The notes beneath the pieces are model-generated. The model saw nothing but the letters and a program-made list of their open reading frames with translations, was not told where the DNA came from and did no database searches. Positions 9,378 to 16,879 of a stretch of DNA of 35,127 nt are shown in pieces (the first letter of the stretch is position 1; each line of letters opens with the position of its first letter). Location: assembly GCA_964504275.1 (NCBI GenBank), contig CAZDDV010000008.1, positions 1-35,127 on the forward strand. Reading direction: 5' to 3'. A program made the translations under genes and the position numbers. This DNA is from an uncultured Candidatus Saccharibacteria bacterium. GTDB lineage: Bacteria > Patescibacteriota > Saccharimonadia > Saccharimonadales > JAGQNJ01.

Positions 9378-12272
9378 TTAAGCCGCTTTTTTGAGCGAAA
9401 TCGCCAGTTCGGAGCCTTCGACTTTTACGGTAACTTCAAATCCGCTGTTTACTTCGTTAGGTAGTCTTGTGGTTAGCGTTTCGTGTTTGATTGTGTCCGC
9501 GTGCTCATCAATGGCCTTTTGCAGTTCCTTGTCATCTGTTGTGAGCGCAAGTTCAATACGATCATCTACTTGCAGCTCGGCCGCTTTGCGCGCGCTCTGA
9601 ATATGCCGCACAACTTCGCGCATCATTCCTTCGCGCCTGAGCGTCGGTGTTAGTGTGAAGTCAATAAGAACGTGCGTACTTTTATCAACTTCGCTATTGC
9701 CCGTTGCAAAAGTAAAATCAATATTAGTTTCTTCACAGATAATTGCCTTCAGCTCATCCTGTAATTCCACGTTCGTGGTAATTTTTGAGTTACCGGCAAG
9801 ACGCTGTCTGACCTTATATTCACGCCCCTTCTCTGCGCGTTGAGACAAAGCACCGTTGATAAGATCTCTCACGAACTCCATGTTAGTGATAAGCACCTTG
9901 TTGATTGCTCCGCCTCCTGGCCAGTCTTCTAGGTGAACGGATTCACGGCCTGTAAACTTCTGGAACAGCTCCTCGGCCAAAAATGGCGTAAAGGGCGCCA
10001 TGGTCAAACTAAGTCGAACTAGCACGTAGTGAAGCGTTTTGTAGGCGTCGTTCTTGTCGGCATCGTCGTCACTCTTCCAGAATCGCTTGCGAGATCGGCG
10101 GACATACCAGTTACTGGCGTCTTCGATAAACTCCAAAATCGGCTTCATCGCATTTGGCAGATCATACTTTTGCATGTGTTCGTCAACTTCGTGCGTCAGC
10201 TGATGTACGCGCGAAACAATCCATTCGTCCAGCGGGTTTTTCAGCTCAGCACTTGGGTCTTCGAGTTTGCCATTCCATTTCCAGCCGTCAACATCAGCGT
10301 ACATGGTAAAGAAGTCGTACATATTCCAAATCATCGACAGTTTGCGATTTACGTCCGAGACTTCTTTGTCTTGCAGCGTAAAATCCTCGCCGTTCAAAAG
10401 TGGGCTCGAGGCCAGCAAAAATCTTAGGCTATCCGCTGAAAACGTATCCATGAGTTCGTTCGGATCAGTATAGTTGCCGTAGCTTTTGCTCATCTTGCGG
10501 CCATCATTGCCAGCGAGCGTACCGGTAGTAATTACGTTTTTGAATGAATATGTGTCAAATAGTGCAATGTTTACAGCATGCATGTAGTAAAACCACGCTC
10601 TAGTTTGTGCGATATATTCAACGATGAAATCGCCCGGAAAATTAGCCTCAAACTTTTCTTTATTCTCGAACGGATAGTGAAACTGTGCAAACGGCATTGA
10701 GCCCGCTTCGAACCAGCTATCCATTACCTTATCAATCCGCGTGTACTTTAGGCCATCTATTGTAAATGTAACATCATCAATCCACGGCCGGTGATAATCA
10801 TCCAGTTCTTTGCCCGATAACTCTTTAAGTTCGGCATAACTTCCCACAACTTTAACGTGCTCTTTTCCGTCTTTATCGGTGGCTTTCCATACCGGCATTG
10901 CGGTTGCCCAAAATCGATCGCGCGAGATGTTCCAGTCTGGTGCCGTTTCAATTGTTTTAGCAAAGCGCCCGTTCTTGAGATGCTCTGGGAACCAGTTAAT
11001 TGGCTGATTTTTCTCTAACATTTTTGTGCGCTGGCCATCGATATCCATAAACCAACTGGGGTGGGCACGGTACATGAGCTTTGTGCCACAGCGGTGACAG
11101 TGCGGATAACTGTGCAGAATATAGTCAATTTTCCAGACAACGCCCTTTTCTTTCAGGTCTTTGGCAATCTGTTTGTTAATCTCCCAAACGTTTTCGCCTT
11201 TCCAGTCGCCTTCGGTGAACACACCGTTTTGATCCAGCGTGTGTACGACTGGTATTCTATTTTCTTTGGCGAGCTCAAAGTCTTCTTCTCCGTACGCCGG
11301 CGCAAGATGCACAATTCCCGTACCATCGTCGGCGCTCACATAATCTGCATGCCATACTTTGTGCGCATTCTCGCCCCTGTCGGCAAAAAGTGGTTCGTAA
11401 GATTGGCCAACCAGATCCTTACCTCTTAAAGTTCTGGTAACTTCGTGGTCAAGCGGTTGGTGTTTTTCATCAACAAGCACTTTTTCGAGAAGTTCTTTTG
11501 CCAAAATAAATTGTTCGTCGCCAACTTTAACCTCGACGTATTCAAGGTCTTTGTTAACGGCAACTGCCGTATTTCCAGGCAATGTCCACGGTGTTGTCGT
11601 CCAAGCCAGTAGCGTTGATCCGTCTTCTAGCTTAAATTTTACATACACGCTTGGCTCGGTGATGTCTTGATATGCACCCGAATCCATTGTAACTTCGGCT
11701 TTTGAAAGCGGCGTGCCGTCGAGCGTGCAGTACATCAAAACCTTTTCGCCCTCGTAGATTTTGCCTTTTTCGTACAATGTTTTAAACGCCCACCAGATAC
11801 TTTCCATGTAATCTTTGTCCATTGTTTTATACGCGCCCTTAAAATCGACCCAGCGGCCAATACGATCGACGACGTCTTCCCATTCGCTACTGGTTTGCAC
11901 CATGTTGTCGCGGGTGGCGTTAATGTACTTTTCAATTCCGTACTCAATTACCTCTTGGCGCGAGTGAATACCAAGTTTTTTCTCGGTAAAACGCTCGGCT
12001 GGCAAACCATGACAATCCCAGCCCCATACGCGTTCCACTCGCTTGCCTTTCATAGTTTGATATCTGGGCACAATGTCTTTTACGATCGAACTAAGCAGCG
12101 TTCCGTGGTGAGGCGAACCCGAAATAAATGGCGGGCCGTCATAAAACACATACGAATTATCTTTTGGCCGCAAGTCGACCGACCTCTCAAACGTTTTGTT
12201 CTTTTTCCACTGAACAACGAGGTCTTTTTCGTACTCAATCGCTTTTCGCCGTGATCCTGATGTAAATTTCAT
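9378..12272 (-). CDS. ileS: Isoleucine--tRNA ligase (IleRS2-like)
   Basis: FYDGPPF, HIGH-equivalent HHGT, GWDCHGLP, WTTTPWTLP, GTGIVHLAP, DWNISRDRFW, KMSKS. The C-terminus (REG..RE....IQ..RK...L.V.DRI) has no zinc finger, as in IleRS2. Confidence 0.96.
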   Translation of the reverse strand: MKFTSGSRRKAIEYEKDLVVQWKKNKTFERSVDLRPKDNSYVFYDGPPFISGSPHHGTLLSSIVKDIVPRYQTMKGKRVERVWGWDCHGLPAERFTEKKLGIHSRQEVIEYGIEKYINATRDNMVQTSSEWEDVVDRIGRWVDFKGAYKTMDKDYMESIWWAFKTLYEKGKIYEGEKVLMYCTLDGTPLSKAEVTMDSGAYQDITEPSVYVKFKLEDGSTLLAWTTTPWTLPGNTAVAVNKDLEYVEVKVGDEQFILAKELLEKVLVDEKHQPLDHEVTRTLRGKDLVGQSYEPLFADRGENAHKVWHADYVSADDGTGIVHLAPAYGEEDFELAKENRIPVVHTLDQNGVFTEGDWKGENVWEINKQIAKDLKEKGVVWKIDYILHSYPHCHRCGTKLMYRAHPSWFMDIDGQRTKMLEKNQPINWFPEHLKNGRFAKTIETAPDWNISRDRFWATAMPVWKATDKDGKEHVKVVGSYAELKELSGKELDDYHRPWIDDVTFTIDGLKYTRIDKVMDSWFEAGSMPFAQFHYPFENKEKFEANFPGDFIVEYIAQTRAWFYYMHAVNIALFDTYSFKNVITTGTLAGNDGRKMSKSYGNYTDPNELMDTFSADSLRFLLASSPLLNGEDFTLQDKEVSDVNRKLSMIWNMYDFFTMYADVDGWKWNGKLEDPSAELKNPLDEWIVSRVHQLTHEVDEHMQKYDLPNAMKPILEFIEDASNWYVRRSRKRFWKSDDDADKNDAYKTLHYVLVRLSLTMAPFTPFLAEELFQKFTGRESVHLEDWPGGGAINKVLITNMEFVRDLINGALSQRAEKGREYKVRQRLAGNSKITTNVELQDELKAIICEETNIDFTFATGNSEVDKSTHVLIDFTLTPTLRREGMMREVVRHIQSARKAAELQVDDRIELALTTDDKELQKAIDEHADTIKHETLTTRLPNEVNSGFEVTVKVEGSELAISLKKAA

Positions 12273-12628
12273 TATGCTTCTTCCTTATCGAATTTATGTT
12301 TTTTAGGGTCAAATGCTGGACCACATGGAATAATCAAATCCATGTCTCCGCCCCAACGAAATCGCTCAAGGGGTTCAACATGAACAACATCGCCAACTTT
12401 TAGATCATGATGTTCGCCTGTTTTAGTCTCGATGTATCCCTCACCCCGAATCACCACTGCCATTTCGTGCGATTCCTCCAGATAGCCGTAGCCAGACGCT
12501 GGAAATTTTCCGCGAATAAAAATCTTGGCAATATCTATTTTATCGGTGCTCGATGGTTTAAACTCTTTACCATAGCAGATATCGCTGTTTTTGAATTCTA
12601 CGCCGTCTTTATCTGACCACTTTTGCAT
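12272..12628 (-). CDS. Cupin-domain protein
   Basis: E..VVIRGEG and LKVGDVVHVEP..R cupin-like motifs; its TAA overlaps the ileS ATG (TAATG). Confidence 0.82.
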   Translation of the reverse strand: MQKWSDKDGVEFKNSDICYGKEFKPSSTDKIDIAKIFIRGKFPASGYGYLEESHEMAVVIRGEGYIETKTGEHHDLKVGDVVHVEPLERFRWGGDMDLIIPCGPAFDPKKHKFDKEEA

Positions 12629-12652
12629 ATTTGCCTTTCTTGCTGTATTTCT

Positions 12653-12912
12653 AAAAATTAAAAATCACTTCTTTTGTCTATCAGATCCCAAGGGTTCTCG
12701 GGAGGTACCATCTGATTTCCAAAAGAAGTGATTCTCACTCTTCTAGCACTTTCTTGCCGATTAACGGATCGGGTTCCGGAAGATTCTACTGGGCTTGATT
12801 ATTGAATCGTGAGCCGTTCTTTCTTCTCCGTTCTCCTTCGAAGTTTTAACGAAGAAGGATCGTAGCTGATGACTACTCAAGCGGATTTCCAAATTATCGC
12901 AACATCGTTGCA
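12653..12912 (-). ncRNA. T-box riboswitch leader of the cupin-ileS operon
   Basis: Antiterminator AUCAGA-UGGUACC-UCCC...GGGA-UCUGAU (12680-12716); Stem II with GAAC/CAGUA S-turn (12777-12830); Stem IIA CCGAU-CCGUUA-AUCGG (12757-12772); U-tract at 12653-12662; -10 TACAAT at 12919-12924. Confidence 0.9.
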
Positions 12913-12936
12913 AGGTGCATTGTACAACAGTTTTTA

Positions 12937-13200
12937 CTAGCCCACAAGATAGCCAGCGACGTCATTGACTAATGGCAAATGCTCGCCAGTCCAGCTTTTT
13001 GCCAAGCTGCCGTTATCCTGAATTGCCAACACCGAAGGAAACTGCATGACATCGTACAATGCAGCCGTCGATGCGCCTTCGCGAGTATCAATACTCATGA
13101 GCTCTATCCTCTTATCTGTTCGTGATTTAAAATCATGAACAAATTCTTCTACACTGCGGGCGAATTCAGAGTTTGGCCTGTAGAGTACGAGTGCTTTCAT
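12937..13200 (-). CDS. Small thioredoxin-fold-like protein lacking cysteines
   Basis: Pattern LYDVMQFPSVLAI..G resembles the thioredoxin cis-Pro strand; no Cys; extended -10 TGgTATTCT 7 nt before the ATG. Confidence 0.7.
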   Translation of the reverse strand: MKALVLYRPNSEFARSVEEFVHDFKSRTDKRIELMSIDTREGASTAALYDVMQFPSVLAIQDNGSLAKSWTGEHLPLVNDVAGYLVG

Positions 13201-13245
13201 ACCCTACAGAATACCATAAGTACAATGGAGACAAGCTGCGGTTTT

Positions 13246-13302
13246 TCTCATCGCGCGGGACCCGAAATAAATTCGTTCCTCCGGTCGCTCTTTGCTCTCG
13301 AA
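13246..13302 (-). repeat. Dispersed ~57-nt structured repeat, copy A
   Basis: Minus strand TTCGAGAGCAAAGAGCGACCGGAGGAACGAATTTATTTCGGGTCCCGCGCGATGAGA aligns by eye with plus strand 33320-33376. Confidence 0.65.
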
Positions 13303-13314
13303 CACTAACAAATA

Positions 13315-16080
13315 CTATGAACAGCCGGTGGTAGATCCGCACGAAGTACAGACATAGCAGCTACCAGCTTTTTGCGTTTGGTTGCCGCAGTTGTAGCACA
13401 TTGGCGCAGTGTCATCTGATTTAACAGAGCTGGTTGTTTTCTTCGGTGCTGCCGTAGCAACTGGTGCTACTGGCATAACCGGTTTTACTTCTTCAACAAC
13501 CTCTACTTCGGCCACCTTTGGCTCTTCTTGTAGCAAAGTCGTTTGCTCGTTTGGCATATCATCAATCGAAGCTAATCCCAACTCTAGGCGATCATCAAAC
13601 GACAAGTACGTCAGCGCAAGTCGTCGGAAGATGTAATCAACCAGCGACGAAGCAGTTCGAATCTCTGGATCGTCGGTGATACCGGCTGGGGCAAACGACA
13701 TATGCGCCATTCCCTTGATATAGGTTTTGATTGGCACGCCATATTGCAAACCGTAACTGATTGAGCGACCAAATGAATCCATTAGTCCGGCTAGCGTTGA
13801 GCCAATTTTGGCGATACTAACAAACAGCTCACCCGGCGTTCCGTCTTCGTACTCCCCAACGGTAAAGTAACCGTGCAGCCCTGCCACTGTAAACGAAAAC
13901 GTTTTTGCGTTGCGAACTTTCGGCAATGCCCGGCGAACTGCGCCCTTAACAACAATGCGGTCAGCGGCTGGGACAATACCCGGTTTTTCAGCTGCGCCAG
14001 CTTTTTTAGCCATCGATAGTGGCTGTGCAACTTTACAGTTATCACGGTAAATCGCAACGGCTTTGAGACCAAGTTTCCAGGCCTCGATGTGTAATTGCTC
14101 GACGTCTTCTACGGTAGCTTCTTCTGGCATGTTAACCGTTTTACTGATTGCACCAGATATAAACGGCTGTACTGCGCCCATCATTTTTACGTGACCCATG
14201 TAGTGAATTGAATTGTCGCCCATCGAGCAAGCAAACACTGGTTCGTGCTCTTTTTTGAGTTTTGGAGCGCCGAGTATTGTTTTTTCAACATCAATGTAGT
14301 TAACGATGTCGTCAACTTCTTTGGGACTATAGCCGAGCATCTTGAGCGCTCGTGGCACAGTTTGGTTAACAATGCTCATAGTTCCACCACCAACGAGTTT
14401 TTTCACCTTCACGAGACCGAGATCTGGCTCGATACCAGTAGTGTCACAATCCATCATCAGCCCAATGGTGCCGGTTGGCGCAAGCACGCTGGCCTGCGAG
14501 TTACGAACACCGAACATCTGCGAAAGCTCCACTGCCTCATCCCACGAATGAGCTGCGGCGCTCAATAATTCTTCCGAAACCGAGCTTGCATCAATCTTAG
14601 ACACTTCTTCGCGGTGCATTTTTAGTACGTGTAGCATGCCGTCGCGATCTTTGTGGAATCCAGCAAATGGACCAACTCGCTCGGCGATTTTTGCACTGGT
14701 TGCATAAGCATGCCCAGTCAAAAGCGCTGTAATTGCTGCGGCAATTGAGCGACCTTCGTGCGAATCATATGGCAAACCAAGAGCCATCAGTAGTGCGCCA
14801 AGGTTTGCGTAGCCAATTCCCAGCTCGCGGTATGCCTTAGCAGTTTTGCCAATGCTCTCTGTTGGGTATTCAGAATAACCCACTAAAATTTCTTGTGCTG
14901 TAAATATTACTTCAACCGTGTGCTTAAATGCTTCGACATCAAACGAACCGTCTTTTTTAAGGTATTTCAGTAAGTTGATTGACGCGAGGTTACAGGCGGA
15001 GTTGTCCAAGTGCATGTATTCGCTGCAAGGGTTGCTGGCGTTGATACGACCAGCATTTGGAGCGGTGTGCCACTTGTTAATGGTGGTGTCGAACTGCATG
15101 CCTGGATCGGCGCATTCCCACGCCGCCTGGTTAATCTGTCGGAATAGTTCACGAGCTTTAACGCGGCGAACTGCTTTGCCGGTTTTTACGGCGCGGAGTT
15201 CGTAATCTTCGTCGTTCTCAACAGCTTGCATAAATTCATCCGTGACGCGCACTGAGTTGTTAGCATTTTGATATTGAACAGAGAAAATATCTTTGCCGTC
15301 CAGTGTCATGTCGTAGCCAGCTTCCTCAAGCGCACGGGCTTTTCGCTCCTCGATTGCTTTACACCAAATAAATTCTTCGACATCAGGGTGATCAATATTC
15401 AAAATCACCATTTTGGCGGCGCGGCGAGTTTTGCCGCCGCTCTTGATTGCACCAGCTGACGCGTCAGCTCCACGCATAAAGCTCAAGGGGCCAGAGGCCG
15501 TACCAGCACTTTTACCAAGTTTTTCTACCGATGAGCGAAGCACGCTCAGGTTAATACCTGAGCCAGAACCACCTTTAAAAATCATGCCTTCTTCTCGGTA
15601 CCAGTTTAAAATTGCTGGCATGGTGTCTTCGATACCCAAAATAAAACACGCACTTGCTTGCTGCGCTCGCTCTGGCGCACCGATATTAAACCACACCGGC
15701 GAATTAAACGCCGCGCGTTGTGTTGCCAAAATATACTTAAGCTCTTCGCGGAAATCTTCTGCTTCTGTGTCCGAAGCAAAATAATCTTCTTGTGAACCGT
15801 GGCGAGTAACTGTGTCTGCAACGCGATCAATCAGATCTTTGAGGGATTTTTCGCGCCCCTCAGTACCCGGCGTACCGGTAAAATATTTTTGCGCCACAAT
15901 GTTAATCGCATTGAGTGACCAACCCTCTGGAAATTCAATGTCTCGTTGTTCAAAAACTGGCTTCTGAGTCATCGGATTCATAATTAATGAATCGCGCTTT
16001 GTCCACTTTAAGGCGTCGTAGCCCTTCGTTTTTGGCTTTGTAAATAATCGGCCCAGGCTTAGGCTCGTTGTTTGTCCCAT
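13315..16080 (-). CDS. nrdJ: Class II (adenosylcobalamin-dependent) ribonucleotide reductase
   Basis: SACF, GGKTRRAAKM, NPCSE, APTGT, AISKTVN, AIYRD, a TSCPD-like C-terminal region and terminal CxxC...CxxCxxC...GCS. No radical-subunit gene is adjacent. Confidence 0.95.
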   Translation of the reverse strand: MGQTTSLSLGRLFTKPKTKGYDALKWTKRDSLIMNPMTQKPVFEQRDIEFPEGWSLNAINIVAQKYFTGTPGTEGREKSLKDLIDRVADTVTRHGSQEDYFASDTEAEDFREELKYILATQRAAFNSPVWFNIGAPERAQQASACFILGIEDTMPAILNWYREEGMIFKGGSGSGINLSVLRSSVEKLGKSAGTASGPLSFMRGADASAGAIKSGGKTRRAAKMVILNIDHPDVEEFIWCKAIEERKARALEEAGYDMTLDGKDIFSVQYQNANNSVRVTDEFMQAVENDEDYELRAVKTGKAVRRVKARELFRQINQAAWECADPGMQFDTTINKWHTAPNAGRINASNPCSEYMHLDNSACNLASINLLKYLKKDGSFDVEAFKHTVEVIFTAQEILVGYSEYPTESIGKTAKAYRELGIGYANLGALLMALGLPYDSHEGRSIAAAITALLTGHAYATSAKIAERVGPFAGFHKDRDGMLHVLKMHREEVSKIDASSVSEELLSAAAHSWDEAVELSQMFGVRNSQASVLAPTGTIGLMMDCDTTGIEPDLGLVKVKKLVGGGTMSIVNQTVPRALKMLGYSPKEVDDIVNYIDVEKTILGAPKLKKEHEPVFACSMGDNSIHYMGHVKMMGAVQPFISGAISKTVNMPEEATVEDVEQLHIEAWKLGLKAVAIYRDNCKVAQPLSMAKKAGAAEKPGIVPAADRIVVKGAVRRALPKVRNAKTFSFTVAGLHGYFTVGEYEDGTPGELFVSIAKIGSTLAGLMDSFGRSISYGLQYGVPIKTYIKGMAHMSFAPAGITDDPEIRTASSLVDYIFRRLALTYLSFDDRLELGLASIDDMPNEQTTLLQEEPKVAEVEVVEEVKPVMPVAPVATAAPKKTTSSVKSDDTAPMCYNCGNQTQKAGSCYVCTSCGSTTGCS

Positions 16081-16251
16081 AGTTTTACCCTCACTTATGT
16101 TGTTATGTTTGTTGTTTTTATTTGTGCCTATTTCTAGGCTTCTTACTTCTCGGTGAGCCGAAAATTATCCATCTCTCAAAGATAATTCCCTGCCACCCAG
16201 GACTTGTATAGCTAGTATATCAAGCCGGTGATTTTCAGACCATTGTGATTT

Positions 16252-16725
16252 TTATAGCTTGGTCTGATCTGTTTTCATGCTGCGTATCTGCGAAAGTTCT
16301 CGCTCAAAACCGGCGATATCTTTAAATCGTCGATAGACACTCGCAAATCGCACGTAAGCCACTTCGTTTAGCTCGGCTAATCGCTCCATGACAAGCTCGC
16401 CAATTTTAGTCGTTGATATTTCTGCATCGCCACAAGCATAAAGTTGATGTTCTATGTCTGCGACCATCTGCTCGATTTGCAGATTGGTAATGGTTGTTTT
16501 TTCGCATGCGCGGTACAACCCTCCCAACAGTTTATCCCGATTAAATAACTCCCGCTTACCCCCGTTTTTTATAACGATTAATTGCGGTCGTTCGATGCGT
16601 TCGTAGGTTGTAAACCGATACTCGCACTCCGGACAGGCTCGTCGGCGGCGAATAGCTTCACCCTCTGCAACATCCCTCGACTCGATTACTTTCGTGTCCA
16701 AATGTTGGCATTGGCTACATTTCAT
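16252..16725 (-). CDS. nrdR: Transcriptional repressor NrdR
   Basis: CxxC...IRRRRACPEC..RFTTYE zinc ribbon, ATP cone, VAYVRFASVY. Start set at ATG 16725 behind AAGGAGG. Confidence 0.97.
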   Translation of the reverse strand: MKCSQCQHLDTKVIESRDVAEGEAIRRRRACPECEYRFTTYERIERPQLIVIKNGGKRELFNRDKLLGGLYRACEKTTITNLQIEQMVADIEHQLYACGDAEISTTKIGELVMERLAELNEVAYVRFASVYRRFKDIAGFERELSQIRSMKTDQTKL

Positions 16726-16773
16726 ATTGCGCACCTCCTTTGTTCAGCGTAAATGTACTGGTTCGCTAATTTA

Positions 16774-16822
16774 TCACTATATATAGCGTCCTTACAAACA
16801 ATCATAGCCCCACGCATAGCGT
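16774..16822. promoter_or_regulatory. Tandem NrdR boxes upstream of nrdR-nrdJ
   Basis: TCACTATATATAGCGT (16774-16789) closely fits the acaCwAtATaTwGtgt consensus; a weaker GCCCCACGCATAGCGT lies at 16807-16822, offset by 33 bp (about three helical turns). Confidence 0.75.
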
Positions 16823-16879
16823 TTTACAAGTAATTCTTATGGTTCTTGCGATGTAATATTTAGTACGTTCTGTGCCAAA

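Noticed and set aside
16081-16251. Cobalamin or purine riboswitch before nrdJ
   Set aside because: The B12-box and purine-aptamer core sequences are not recognisable; kept only as an unclassified structured leader.
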